Virus record (IMG/VR): IMGVR_UViG_3300034019_000896
Span: 1 to 37,623 of that record
Strand: one strand, 5' to 3'
DNA length: 37,623 nt
From: a virus
Lineage: Duplodnaviria; Caudoviricetes
The position numbers were made by a program, and so were the translations under genes. The stretch's first letter is position 1. Every line of letters begins with the position of its first letter. The notes beneath the pieces are model-generated. The model did no database searches and was not told the origin of the DNA. It was given only the letters and a program-made list of their open reading frames with translations. Below, in pieces: positions 23,594 through 33,948 of the stretch.

Positions 23594-24942
23594 TTCATCT
23601 CCACCCACCTGCCGCCCTCGCTGCGGTAGGTCTTGCCGGACACTGTGTCGCGGGCAGTCTTGCCGTCGTACTCACGCGCGTTCGGCAGCATGTCAAAAGC
23701 CGTCGGCGCCCTATCGCGCCGCGGGCCGGGCAGGCTGTCGGGCGCGGGCCGAACGCCCGGCCGCTCATACGCGCCACGCCGCTCGCGCAGATAGCGTTCA
23801 TATCCGTTGAGCTTGTCTTTAACCTGGTCGGCGTTGTCCGTCTCCGCGGGCAGGAACGAACGCAGCCGCGCTAGTTCCTGCGCCGTCTGCGCCGCGCCCG
23901 ACCGCTCGTTGATCGACTTGGAAACAACGTTGAACACGAACGCACGCGTCTCGCGCTCCTGCGGCGAGTCCATGCGGCCGGCTACACTCTCCGGCACCGT
24001 GCCCGCCAGCGTCGCCAACCCGCGCGACATGCTGAACGCGGTGGGCGTGCGCTGCACGCCGCGGATCGCCTCCTGGATCGTGCGCAGTTCCGCGTCGATG
24101 CCCGAGACTTCCTTTTGCGTGTTGGCGTCGACCTTCGGCGGCACGGGCTTGCCGTCCGGTCCGATGGCCGGGATCATCGCGCCATTCGGCGCTGCGCCCG
24201 TCGGGCGGTAGACCCACGCACCACGTTCCGGGTCGTACTCCGGTCGGCCGCCCATCTCGCGCGCGCGGGCATCCGTCAGGTCTTGGCCGCGCATCGTCAC
24301 GCCACGGCCCGCCGCCGCATCCCGCGCGGACTGCTGCTCGCCTGGCGTCATCTGCCGCGGGATCGGCGACGCCTGCTCAAACGGGTCTACGAAGCGGATA
24401 TCCGCGCCCGTATCGACGCGCTCGAGCGTGCGTCGCTGGCCGCCAACCATCTGCGGCGCCTGTCCGGGTGCGACGTAGCCCTGCGTCTCTCGGCCGGTGC
24501 GCTCGTCGAACCACGTCCGCCATTCGGGCTTCGGGAACGCGCGGTCGATGGCTGCCTTCAGGTCGACGCGCGCAAGCGCCGCGATCGACGGATCGCGCTG
24601 CGCTGCCTCGGCGATGAAATCCTCGCGGAACTTCGCCGCTTCCGCTGCTGCGGCCTGCTGCTGCTGCATTTGCTGCAAGTCGAGGCCGAACCGCTGGCGC
24701 TCCATCCCGAACCGCTCGCGCTGCATGTCCATGTTGCCGCGCTGCATGTCCATCTGCTCGCGCATCATCTGCTCGCGCAGCGCCTGCGCCGCCGCCTGCC
24801 GCTGCGCATCCTGGCCGGACAGCAGGCCTTGCGCGAACGCCATCGGCGCCTGCGCGAGCCCGCGCCGGCTGGACATGAGCGCAGAGCCCGCGGACAGCAG
24901 GCCGAGCGACAGCGGGTCGATGGTGGGTCCAAGCAAGCTCAT
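23590..24942 (-). CDS. Internal virion/DNA-ejection protein
   Basis: MSLLG..., Q/M-rich coiled coil, RGQDLTDAR, RSGAA....EL.RL..FLP...D. Confidence 0.75.
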   Translation of the reverse strand: MSLLGPTIDPLSLGLLSAGSALMSSRRGLAQAPMAFAQGLLSGQDAQRQAAAQALREQMMREQMDMQRGNMDMQRERFGMERQRFGLDLQQMQQQQAAAAEAAKFREDFIAEAAQRDPSIAALARVDLKAAIDRAFPKPEWRTWFDERTGRETQGYVAPGQAPQMVGGQRRTLERVDTGADIRFVDPFEQASPIPRQMTPGEQQSARDAAAGRGVTMRGQDLTDARAREMGGRPEYDPERGAWVYRPTGAAPNGAMIPAIGPDGKPVPPKVDANTQKEVSGIDAELRTIQEAIRGVQRTPTAFSMSRGLATLAGTVPESVAGRMDSPQERETRAFVFNVVSKSINERSGAAQTAQELARLRSFLPAETDNADQVKDKLNGYERYLRERRGAYERPGVRPAPDSLPGPRRDRAPTAFDMLPNAREYDGKTARDTVSGKTYRSEGGRWVEMK

Positions 24943-26447
24943 GGCGTCCCCGGTGCGTAATTCCAATCGTTGATTCCGCTAGCATTCCAGTTCGGACGCC
25001 AGTACTGCGGCGGCTGCGTCGCGCCTGGCGTCGTGCTGTTTTGCTGCCGCGGGCCGAACAAGTTGTTGCCGATCGCCCAGCCCGACAGCGCCCCGCCGAG
25101 CGCGCCTTGCCACGGACTGACGCCGGGGTCCGTGCGCGTGGCCGACGACTGCCCGCCGAATGCGGGGTTGATCGCCCCGCGCAGCACGTCGAGTTGCTGA
25201 TACGGATACTGCTGACGGCGGTCGAACTCGGACCGCTGGTAGTTGTTGACGTTCTGCTGCTGCTGCTGCTGCAACATGCCCGCGGACAAAAGCCCCTGCG
25301 TGTTCGCCCGCTGGTCCGCGGCGAAGCCCAGCGACGACCGCGCGGCGGCATCCTGCGCGTTGCGCTCGTCCCGGAAATTGCCGTAGTACAACTGATTCAT
25401 CGTCTGCCCGAGCGCATCGCCGAACGCGCGGTCGCTGTTCTGCAGCGTCTGCCCGAACGCGCTGCTGTTGTTCAGCGTGCCGCCGCCCATCGCCTGCCGG
25501 CCCATGAGCCCCGCGCGCGTGCCCGTCGCATACGCCTCGCCCATGCGGTCGCCGATGCCCTGCGCGTAGCGGTCGAGGAACTGATTCGGCCCGAGCATCT
25601 GCCCGGCGAGCAGCGCGGACTGCTGATCCCGCGCGCGGCCGACCAGCGGATCGCCGTTGACGGCCAGATGCCGCGCCTGGTCGATGGCGAGCGTCTGGTC
25701 CGGCGTCATCGGCGCCACGCCCGGCCCGGTGTACTCCTGGAACGGCTGCTGCGACAGCGCGTCCGCGCGGCGCAGGAACGACTCCGCGTACGGCTGCAAC
25801 CACGGCGGCAGGCTCTGCGTGTTCGTCTGCGTCTGCGACTCGGGACGAGAGCCCGCAGCGCCCGCGATCGCGCCTAGTGTCGCGCCGGCCAGCGCCGGAT
25901 TGCCGGCGAGCGCCGACCCGATGCTACCCAGCATGCCGGCGCCACCTGCCGCACCCTGCAGCGCCGCAGGCACAGTAGCCCCTCCCGCTGCCCCTGCGCC
26001 TCCCGCAAGCGCCGCACTGCCTGCCTGCGCAGCCGTTTCGGACCCGCCAATCGCCGCCAGTTCGGCCGCCGTTAGCCCCCCGGCACCGCCCAAATATGCG
26101 CTCGCCAACCCGCCCAGCAACGGGCCGCCGACGCCTACTCCAATTGCCCCCGCTAGACTGCGCCGAAAGTTTGCGTTCCGGTCGTACTCCCGCTCCTCGG
26201 TCGTCGCCTGCCCGTCCGGCGTCATCCGCGTGACCGTCTCGCGGTCGCGGCCGTCGTTCAATTGCGAGATGGTGATCGTCCCGTCGGCGTTGACCATCGC
26301 GGTCCGCCCGTCCGGCAATTGCACCGCCTGCGAGCCGCCGGGGTCGTAGGCGAAACTGCCGCCCTCGCCGGTGGGCGAATAGCTCGGTGCGCGCGGCGCC
26401 ATGCCGCCGGAGCGCATGTACAGGTCGATCAGTTCCTGGTAGGTCAT
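24939..26447 (-). CDS. Internal virion/DNA-ejection (pilot-like) protein
   Basis: QSLPPWLQPY, Y.GP.VAP....Q, QQ....EF.RRQQYPYQQL, Gly-rich hydrophobic ends. Confidence 0.75.
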   Translation of the reverse strand: MTYQELIDLYMRSGGMAPRAPSYSPTGEGGSFAYDPGGSQAVQLPDGRTAMVNADGTITISQLNDGRDRETVTRMTPDGQATTEEREYDRNANFRRSLAGAIGVGVGGPLLGGLASAYLGGAGGLTAAELAAIGGSETAAQAGSAALAGGAGAAGGATVPAALQGAAGGAGMLGSIGSALAGNPALAGATLGAIAGAAGSRPESQTQTNTQSLPPWLQPYAESFLRRADALSQQPFQEYTGPGVAPMTPDQTLAIDQARHLAVNGDPLVGRARDQQSALLAGQMLGPNQFLDRYAQGIGDRMGEAYATGTRAGLMGRQAMGGGTLNNSSAFGQTLQNSDRAFGDALGQTMNQLYYGNFRDERNAQDAAARSSLGFAADQRANTQGLLSAGMLQQQQQQNVNNYQRSEFDRRQQYPYQQLDVLRGAINPAFGGQSSATRTDPGVSPWQGALGGALSGWAIGNNLFGPRQQNSTTPGATQPPQYWRPNWNASGINDWNYAPGTP

Positions 26448-26686
26448 TTCGCGGTCCAACCTGTTTTAAGCCCGGCGTCAGCCGTTTTAACGTACAACGT
26501 GGTCGACGTGCTGCCGTCCGTGCGCAGGTACAGCGCACCGCGGTCCGCAGCAATCACGCCCTCCGGCGAGCCCTCGCCGGTAAAAAGCCGGCCGGCAAAA
26601 GCGTTATGGAAAATCGCCAACGTGCGCAACTCGCGCAGCGCCGGCAGCGGCAGGTCTAGCCCTTCCGTTTGTACAGTGCGTCTCAT
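26444..26686 (-). CDS. Small tail protein
   Basis: TGEGSPEGVIAA..GALYLRTDG...TTLYVK.....TGWTAK, a module often seen in fibre proteins. Confidence 0.7.
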   Translation of the reverse strand: MRRTVQTEGLDLPLPALRELRTLAIFHNAFAGRLFTGEGSPEGVIAADRGALYLRTDGSTSTTLYVKTADAGLKTGWTAK

Positions 26687-28140
26687 CGCTGTCCGGCACG
26701 CGGCATCTCGACTTGATACCCCAGCACTTCGTACATGCCGCCCGCGTCTTGTCGAAACTCGAGCGAATGCCAGCGTGCAGAAACGTGAAAATCATAACGG
26801 CCGTCTGCCGTGCGCGCCGCTGCAGTGCCAATGACCCAAGGCGACAACCCGTCGTCCAACGTCGCACGCGATCGCGGAATGCAGATTGCCGCAACCGCCG
26901 TACCCGTTAGCCGCACGCGCGCACCAGTCAGCACGGTGACTTGCTGGTCGTTGCCGATAAAATTGCTCGTGAACTGCGATTGCTGCACTGGCCCGCGGTA
27001 CACGCGGCAGCCAAACGTCGTCGCGTCCATCACCAGCGGCACATTCTGTCGCGGCCGAGCCTCGCTCGTCAGGGTTGGCACGCTGTCGCTGACGTACGCA
27101 ATCGCCGTAGCGTTGCTGGCGAAGCGACCCCAGCGGTCGAAAACTGGCGCGTATGCGACGCCGCCTTGGTACACCCCAGCGACTGCCGTTTGGTAAAAAT
27201 CCTCGTAGTACCACCGCACGACGCGCCGGATCGAATCCCACTGCGCCATTGCGCGGATTTTGCCGCCGAATGAGGCGCGCGATTTGAACCACTCCCACGG
27301 CGCGGACTCGATCCGCTGCAGTTGCGCACCGCTAAACGCATAAAATCCGTCGGCTGACAGGAAATACAAAATCCCTTCAGCCTCGCACACTGCGTCGTGA
27401 GACACGATGCCAATCTGCGCAGATACCACGCGCCACGCCCACGGCACGCTGGGATCGCCTGTAAACGTGCCGCGCAAAATGGACGTCGCCTTGAAGGCGA
27501 TGATGTCGTCCTGGAACGCGACTAGCCGGACCACGCCGCCGGGCGTTTGCATGAGCCGGTCGCGGCTTGCAAACGTCGCCACGTCCGGCGCCCAGCTCGT
27601 CACGTTTTGCAGCGCGCAGGTCCAATAGCCGTCGGCATACGGGAACGCGCCGTCGTTGATGTTCGCCAGCATGACGAACCCGGACTGCACGCACATGGTT
27701 CCCGCGGCCGGCGCACCGCTGACGTTTGCGAATCGAGTTCCCGCCTCCGGTAGCGGTGTCGTTTGCAGCTGATTCGCGTAGCTGACCGCGAGCGCGTCGA
27801 CGCCAAAAGCCCCAAATCGCCACCCGTCGTCCTGAGTGTCCGTGACGGTCACGTATGGCGTCGTTCTCGTCAACGGCAACAACGTGCCGGAAATTGCCGC
27901 CGAAATTGTCGTTGCCGTTCCAAGCAACAAAATCGGCAGGAAGTTGCCCGACTGCTGAACCAACGCAGCGCCGCGACATTGCGTCGGCAAGGTCTGCGTA
28001 TACGTAACGCCTGCTGCCACCGAAAAATCCGGCGCGTACCCGCGCGCCGTCGGCAGCATGTTTGAGATATCCGTCAGAATTCCCGGCGTCGTCGGATCAA
28101 GGTCCGGCGCCCATGCCACAAGCGGCTGATTAGGTGTCAC
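26683..28140 (-). CDS. Tail tubular/nozzle protein (P22 gp10-like beta-propeller)
   Basis: WAPDL....PG....NM.P..RGY.P start, WRF..FG, YFLS.DGFY.F; typical position and size. Confidence 0.75.
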   Translation of the reverse strand: MTPNQPLVAWAPDLDPTTPGILTDISNMLPTARGYAPDFSVAAGVTYTQTLPTQCRGAALVQQSGNFLPILLLGTATTISAAISGTLLPLTRTTPYVTVTDTQDDGWRFGAFGVDALAVSYANQLQTTPLPEAGTRFANVSGAPAAGTMCVQSGFVMLANINDGAFPYADGYWTCALQNVTSWAPDVATFASRDRLMQTPGGVVRLVAFQDDIIAFKATSILRGTFTGDPSVPWAWRVVSAQIGIVSHDAVCEAEGILYFLSADGFYAFSGAQLQRIESAPWEWFKSRASFGGKIRAMAQWDSIRRVVRWYYEDFYQTAVAGVYQGGVAYAPVFDRWGRFASNATAIAYVSDSVPTLTSEARPRQNVPLVMDATTFGCRVYRGPVQQSQFTSNFIGNDQQVTVLTGARVRLTGTAVAAICIPRSRATLDDGLSPWVIGTAAARTADGRYDFHVSARWHSLEFRQDAGGMYEVLGYQVEMPRAGQR

Positions 28141-30370
28141 GCGGCACCCTTACCCAAACCTCGACATCGCGCGGCAGCCGCGACCACTGCCCGTCCACCG
28201 GGATCGACGGCGGCGGCGTGCCCGCAGCCTGCACCGTCAAAGTCAACGCCTGCGCCACCGATGGACCGCTGGCATCGGACACGACGGCTGCAATGCTTGC
28301 CGATCCCGCGACGGTTGGCGTGCCGCTGATAACGCCTGCCTGGTGCGTCAAGCCCGCAGGCAGCGTCCCCGTCACCGACCAGAGCAACGGCGGCTGACCA
28401 GTAGCCCCTAGCGCGGCAGAATACGGAATGCCAACTACAGCAGCCGGTAACGTCGTTGTTGTGACTGCAGGCGCCGCAAAAATGGTTATCGAAAAATCAA
28501 CGAACGCCGTTCCGCTTGCATTTGTTGCGGTTACACGGATTGGATACTCACCCGCAGCGGTCGGGGTACCACTAAACGTAGTGCCCGACCGCGTAATCCC
28601 TGGCGGCAGGGTCCCCGTGTGCGTCACCGTAGGTTCGAGTTGACCCGTAACGGCGATCGTGACTGCGTACAGTGTGCCGACACGACCGGAAGTCAACGAC
28701 GTCGTTGCAATCTCTGGCGCCGCAGGCGTGTAACCCGATCGATGCACTCGCATCGTCGTCGGGTGATTGGCATGACGCCGCCAAACCCGCATCACCAGCG
28801 GCCTACCCGGGATGATGTATTTTGTCGCCGCATTGAACGCGGCACTGATGGCCGTTGCAAACGGCGCCGCGGCCTTATCTGCGCCGGTTTGCAGCAGTCG
28901 CCATTGATCCGCGTAATCTCCCGATACAAACGTCGTCAGCGACGCGACGTCGGCCACCGATACGCCGTACGTCGTCGCAGCGATCGTCCTGATGCGTGTA
29001 TTCAATGTTGCGTAGCCCGTGCGCGCCGCGTTGGTCTGCGCCTCGGTTTGCCCCTGCTGGGGCGGCAGCGTGCCGACGACAATCTGCGCATTGGGAAATG
29101 CAGTGCGCAGCTCCTGGATCAGCGCCGCCATACGGTCGCCGATGCCGCTGGGCGTGTTCACGTAATCGTCGCGTCCGGCCCACAGCACAATGACCTCAGG
29201 AATCGCGGGCCCCGACGGAATGCCAACGACCAGCCCGGGCTGCGGCGGGACACCGGCCGCGGATGCGACGATCGCTGGCAGACGCGCCGACAGATTGTTG
29301 GAGCCGGTCGACAATGCCGCGCCGGCATACCCCTCGTGATCTGGGTCACCGCCGATGGCCGGCGTCAGCACCTGAGACCCCAGCGCGTTGATCGACGTGC
29401 CCTGCGCCGCGAGCTGCTGCAACACGCGCCCGCGGATCGAGCGATGGCCGTTTGCCGTCGACTCGTCGCCGCGGATCAGATCGTCGCCAAAAAACAGCAG
29501 GCGCCGCGCCGCTGGATCGGTGGTCGTGGGCGGCAGAATCACGCCAGGCGTGCCGGTCGTTGTCCAATCGATCGGGGGACTAGCCAACAAAAAATTCGGT
29601 GAAATGCTTGCGAAGTCGGCCGCCTGCATGTTGGCGCGCGACCCTTCGAAATACGTGCTAAACCCGACGCTCTCCCAGTTATTGGTCACCCGCAAGAACG
29701 GGCCCAGCCCAACCGCCGGCCAGTATCCGGCCGTTGGAATCGTCGCGCCAGCGAACGGGTACAAATCGCAGCCAATGTGTATAACCAGCTTGGCCTGCGC
29801 GCGATCATCTGCCCCGTTTGGATCATCCAAAATGAGGCGGACTTCCATATCGAACGCCATGCCGGTGATGTTCCACGGATCGGCAACCGCCCACGGCGAC
29901 CCGTAACCGTGGACGATCACCGTGCCGTCATTGCCGATTTTGTGCGACGTGCCGCCACCAGTTTCCGTGCGCCAGCCGCCCAACTGTGCGACGTCAACGA
30001 CGTTGTACGAGTACCTATTTGATTGCGGCCCGTCGAGATTCGCCACAATCGACCACGCCGAGCGGCGAACCTGTGACCGGAACCGCCGAATGTGCACGCG
30101 TGTGTTTGTGGCCGTGTGCAGGTTTGCGTCCGGGTTCGTTGCGTTTTGCTCGGCGCAAAGGACAAACCACGTCATCCCCGCATACCACCACGTATCGCGC
30201 GAATACGGCGCAGGGTTGTACCAGCTCAATTGATCGCCATGCAGCCTGTGGCCCGTGTGCATGGTCGTGCCGTCATACCAGGACGGCGAGATACGGCGCG
30301 CGGACGCCACAAACGGCTTTGCCTCGTGCCCCGCGCGCATCGCGTCGATGACGCGAATCACGTTCGCCAT
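28130..30370 (-). CDS. Virion appendage protein: N-terminal beta domain, degenerate SGNH domain and two putative Ig (He_PIG-like) repeats
   Basis: FFGDDL, DHEGY.G, WAGRDD, V.TLPP; then TTSL..G.VG..Y...GTLP.G....G..SGTPT.AG twice. Confidence 0.8.
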   Translation of the reverse strand: MANVIRVIDAMRAGHEAKPFVASARRISPSWYDGTTMHTGHRLHGDQLSWYNPAPYSRDTWWYAGMTWFVLCAEQNATNPDANLHTATNTRVHIRRFRSQVRRSAWSIVANLDGPQSNRYSYNVVDVAQLGGWRTETGGGTSHKIGNDGTVIVHGYGSPWAVADPWNITGMAFDMEVRLILDDPNGADDRAQAKLVIHIGCDLYPFAGATIPTAGYWPAVGLGPFLRVTNNWESVGFSTYFEGSRANMQAADFASISPNFLLASPPIDWTTTGTPGVILPPTTTDPAARRLLFFGDDLIRGDESTANGHRSIRGRVLQQLAAQGTSINALGSQVLTPAIGGDPDHEGYAGAALSTGSNNLSARLPAIVASAAGVPPQPGLVVGIPSGPAIPEVIVLWAGRDDYVNTPSGIGDRMAALIQELRTAFPNAQIVVGTLPPQQGQTEAQTNAARTGYATLNTRIRTIAATTYGVSVADVASLTTFVSGDYADQWRLLQTGADKAAAPFATAISAAFNAATKYIIPGRPLVMRVWRRHANHPTTMRVHRSGYTPAAPEIATTSLTSGRVGTLYAVTIAVTGQLEPTVTHTGTLPPGITRSGTTFSGTPTAAGEYPIRVTATNASGTAFVDFSITIFAAPAVTTTTLPAAVVGIPYSAALGATGQPPLLWSVTGTLPAGLTHQAGVISGTPTVAGSASIAAVVSDASGPSVAQALTLTVQAAGTPPPSIPVDGQWSRLPRDVEVWVRVPRDT

Positions 30371-30371
30371 G

Positions 30372-31358
30372 TCACACAGCCTTTACCGTGCCAACGCCGC
30401 GCTCGCCCGACAACCCCAGCCCGGTGTTGTAGGCGATGACGTTAACCTGCGCGTTAAGCGCCACCCCCGACGGCGCAGGCACATGCAACTTGTTTCCGGT
30501 CGACTGCGCAGTGACGTTTGTGAGAATGGTTGCGCCGGCGGCCGGCGACCCGCTGCTCATCTCGACCGTCCATCCGGCGGAATTGTTGATCGTGATTGCT
30601 GGGCTGGCGTTCGGGTCTGGGTCAAGCAAGATTTCTACGAAGAACGTGCCGGAAATGAGCTTGAGCGTAACGATGATTGCCAAGTAGCCGTCGTCAATAC
30701 CCGTCGTGTCAACGGTCCACGCTGCCGACAGCGGCGAAACGCTGTTCAAATCCGCGTAGCTCGCCTGGAACGGCACGGCAACGAACGGGGATACCTGGTT
30801 GTACGATGCCCACGCGGTAAAGCCGGCCGGTGCAACGGATGGCGGCGTCGCGGACCCGTTAAACAAAATTGAGCCCAAGCCAGCAACGGCAGCTATGGCG
30901 AATTCTTGCGCTTGCGAAAGACTGGCCGTTGGACCAATAGACACCGACGCGTTCGGGTAATCGACGCTTGCATCCGTCGCAATGTCGACCGCGCTAGACG
31001 CAACCACGCCGCCAACTTCGAACGCAAACCACGACCCAAACGTATCGCCGGTTTGTGCTTTGACAAGCGTCAGCGTGTGCGATCCTGCCGCAGCGTTTTG
31101 CAGCAGGTACAGCGTCAACGTTAAACGGTTGCCGCCGCCAGCGTTTTGCGAGTTCCGGGTGCGCGTGAGCGCTGCAGTCAGAGCGCCGCCGTTGCTCGAC
31201 GTCACCGACGTGACGTGCGGCGTCAGCGCATCCTGCCGGTACGTGGCGACCAAGCACCCGATTGTGGACCCGGCAACCACCGACGTGAGCGACCGCGTTT
31301 CGTTACCCGTTCCGGCCGCAAAGGTTGCGACGGCAGTCGTTTGTAGCGGTGCTGGCAT
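30372..31358 (-). CDS. Beta-rich virion structural protein
   Basis: Thr/Ala/Ser-rich 328 aa between adaptor and appendage genes. Confidence 0.65.
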   Translation of the reverse strand: MPAPLQTTAVATFAAGTGNETRSLTSVVAGSTIGCLVATYRQDALTPHVTSVTSSNGGALTAALTRTRNSQNAGGGNRLTLTLYLLQNAAAGSHTLTLVKAQTGDTFGSWFAFEVGGVVASSAVDIATDASVDYPNASVSIGPTASLSQAQEFAIAAVAGLGSILFNGSATPPSVAPAGFTAWASYNQVSPFVAVPFQASYADLNSVSPLSAAWTVDTTGIDDGYLAIIVTLKLISGTFFVEILLDPDPNASPAITINNSAGWTVEMSSGSPAAGATILTNVTAQSTGNKLHVPAPSGVALNAQVNVIAYNTGLGLSGERGVGTVKAV

Positions 31359-31361
31359 GTC

Positions 31362-31955
31362 TTATCCCGGCGTGACTGCGAGCGGCGCCGCGCCGACGGC
31401 AATCTGCCGTGCGCTGCGGTTTTGCTCGGCGATGAACTTGTCCACGATCTGCAGCGCCATCATCGCGCGCGGGTCGTCGTGCAGGAACACCCGCGCTTGT
31501 GCGATGGCGCCCATGCGGTAGATGTCCGGGCGCTTGTTCAGCAGCCAATTGCTGTCCCCGTCCGCGGCGAAGTCAGGCAGCGCGGCGTAGTAGGTCAACT
31601 CGACCGCGGTGGACGACGGGAACGGGTACACCCGGAATTGCATGTCCTGGATCGTGTAGACCGGGACATAGGGCACCGCCGCGGTTTCGACCAGCCGCTG
31701 CATCTGCCACGGGGTTTTGTATTCCAGCACCTTTCCGCCAGCCTCGAGCAACCGCATGGCGCGGAAATCCGTCGGCAGCGCCGTCCACTCGCCGGTAAGC
31801 GTGGTAGATGCGACCGCCTCCATCTCCGGCGTGCGCAGCTCGTCGCTGAACCGCGCGGTCGCGTCCGCGATGAACGTCGGCACGAACGCCGTTAGGTCAG
31901 ATCGCTGCAGGAAGTCGGCGACCTGCGTTTTCAGTTGGCCGTAGGTGATAGGCAT
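31362..31955 (-). CDS. Head-tail adaptor protein
   Basis: ITY..LK..VADFL.RSDLT...P.FI..A, LP.DF, P.P......L.YY, NWLL...PD.Y; ATG at 31955. Confidence 0.85.
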   Translation of the reverse strand: MPITYGQLKTQVADFLQRSDLTAFVPTFIADATARFSDELRTPEMEAVASTTLTGEWTALPTDFRAMRLLEAGGKVLEYKTPWQMQRLVETAAVPYVPVYTIQDMQFRVYPFPSSTAVELTYYAALPDFAADGDSNWLLNKRPDIYRMGAIAQARVFLHDDPRAMMALQIVDKFIAEQNRSARQIAVGAAPLAVTPG

Positions 31956-33430
31956 TACCCCACCCTCCACGATGAGCCGTCGCTGTATACCGGCACCACG
32001 TTTGCCCCCCCACCGGCGAGCGCGGACGCTAGCGTCGTGACGGACGAATCGGACACAAGTGCGCGTTGCCCGGCGGGGTTTGGCGAAGGCAGCGTTGCGA
32101 CCGTATAAACCGGCACTCGGAACGTCCCTCCATCAACCCCGAGCCCGACATCCGAACGAGACAGCCGAACGTCATAATCTTCCGCGTCGAGGTTTTTGAA
32201 ATCGATGTATGGCGTTGCGGCTACGATTTCTAACGCGCCGTCCGGCCGCAGCACCACGCCCTTGTTCGCCGCGCTTGACGCCGACATAACGGGCGCCGAC
32301 GTGATCGACGCCAGGTTGATCGTGCCGGCCGTGTTGCCTAGAAACAGCGTTGAATATTGGTCGACAGTTAGCCTTGCGGTATTGACAGTCGGGTTGATCG
32401 CCCAGCCAGTGTTCAGGTCGAACTCGGACGCGCTGACATGCACATAGCACGTCGTGTCGGACACGCGCAGGCCGTCGCCGGTGTTGCCGTAAATGTGCGC
32501 TTTGACGATAAGCCGCGCCTCATTGCCAGCAGACACCAGAATTCCATGCCCGCCGCTTGTCGACCCAGAGATCCACGCGCGCACGATGAACCGCGCAGCT
32601 AGTGCGGATGACTGATTCAGAACTAGCCCCGCCGTCGCGCACGTATCAAGTGTGCATTCGTCAGAGAAAATCGCTTCGCGGTTTGCTGCATTCGTCAACG
32701 TCTGGTCAATCACCACGCCGCCCGCCGCGCACTCCGACACGTCCACGCGGCCAAAATAAACGCCGCCGCACGCGCCACCGATCCGCACGCCCGCGCCCGC
32801 GGCCTTAAAGACCCGCAGCCCGTCATCGAATGACAATTCCGCGCCAAAACTCTGGTTTGAGTTTCCGCGCGCGCAAATGCCGTCCTGCGCCGCAACTACC
32901 TCGCCACCCAAAACGGCGCACTGAGAATAGCGGTCGAAGTAAATGCCGTGATAGAGCCGATGCTGATTCGACGCGGCCACGTACCCGTCGATGTAGCCAA
33001 CGCGGACGTTTTCGAGCACGCTATCGCTAATCAGCCGGCCATTGACACCATAACCGCCGGTCTTGGCGGTCGTCGCCCATAGCGTGATGTCGCGGATGCA
33101 GACGCGGCTAATCTCGTTCGTGCCGTCGCCGATTTGGATGATGTCGGTCGAATCGCCCCCGGTCGCAACCAGCAACACATTGCCCACGCCTGAAAGCGTC
33201 GTGCCGTCGACAAGAATTTGCACCGGGCTGGCAACCGCGTACGCCCCGCCGGGAATGATGACATTCCGGCTTGCCGCGAGAGCGGCATTGATAGCCGCGG
33301 TGTTGACCGATGCCGGCGCGCTTTCGCTCACCGCAGGCACGACCGCGCCCGACAACCCGATCTCGTTGACGTTGCGGATGGCGAACTCCGCGCCTAGCCT
33401 GTATTTAGTGCCCGCTATCTTCACCGTCAC
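31955..33430 (-). CDS. Pectate-lyase-like right-handed beta-helix spike
   Basis: NTAAINAAL....VIIPGG.Y, beta-helix repeats, C-terminal YTVATLPS...GGGAN.VPVYSDGS.WRVG. Confidence 0.8.
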   Translation of the reverse strand: MTVKIAGTKYRLGAEFAIRNVNEIGLSGAVVPAVSESAPASVNTAAINAALAASRNVIIPGGAYAVASPVQILVDGTTLSGVGNVLLVATGGDSTDIIQIGDGTNEISRVCIRDITLWATTAKTGGYGVNGRLISDSVLENVRVGYIDGYVAASNQHRLYHGIYFDRYSQCAVLGGEVVAAQDGICARGNSNQSFGAELSFDDGLRVFKAAGAGVRIGGACGGVYFGRVDVSECAAGGVVIDQTLTNAANREAIFSDECTLDTCATAGLVLNQSSALAARFIVRAWISGSTSGGHGILVSAGNEARLIVKAHIYGNTGDGLRVSDTTCYVHVSASEFDLNTGWAINPTVNTARLTVDQYSTLFLGNTAGTINLASITSAPVMSASSAANKGVVLRPDGALEIVAATPYIDFKNLDAEDYDVRLSRSDVGLGVDGGTFRVPVYTVATLPSPNPAGQRALVSDSSVTTLASALAGGGANVVPVYSDGSSWRVG

Positions 33431-33948
33431 GGCTTGATCCCTTCGATTCGCATATCACGCTCCGGCACGTGCCACTGCGGCGGCGTGGATACCACCGCAG
33501 CTAGCCCGGCATCGGTCATCAGTTCCATCAGTTCGGCTTCGGAAAAGCACCAGCGGTGACACATCGCGTCACTGCGATAACTTGGGTCGCCGTACAGCGC
33601 GAGCATCGTTAGCCGCGCCTTGTACGGCCGCTGGCCGGTCGCAGCCGCGACCAGGTGCGCGAGCACCTTGTCGAGACACGGACACTCGAGGATCAGCCGC
33701 CCGCCAGGCTTTAGCACTCGCGCCCACTCGGCGAGCAGCGCCGACGTTTCCCAGCGGCCGAAGTGCTCGATCACATGGCAGGCGAAAACCTCGTCCGCGT
33801 ATCCGTCCGTAAACGGCAGCGCGCGCAGGTCGCACTCGTGGTCGGGCTTGCTACCCGACCAGTTGCCCGGCATGTCGACGTTGATGTAGCCCGGCAGCAG
33901 TTTCCCTCCGCAGCCGAGATTCAGACGTACGACAGCGCTTCCAGCCAC
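33427..33948 (-). CDS. Class I SAM-dependent methyltransferase (start uncertain)
   Basis: RLNLGCG...GYINVD, DLRALPF.DG.ADEV...HVIEH, EW.RVLKPGGRL...P. Confidence 0.88.
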   Translation of the reverse strand: MAGSAVVRLNLGCGGKLLPGYINVDMPGNWSGSKPDHECDLRALPFTDGYADEVFACHVIEHFGRWETSALLAEWARVLKPGGRLILECPCLDKVLAHLVAAATGQRPYKARLTMLALYGDPSYRSDAMCHRWCFSEAELMELMTDAGLAAVVSTPPQWHVPERDMRIEGIKP

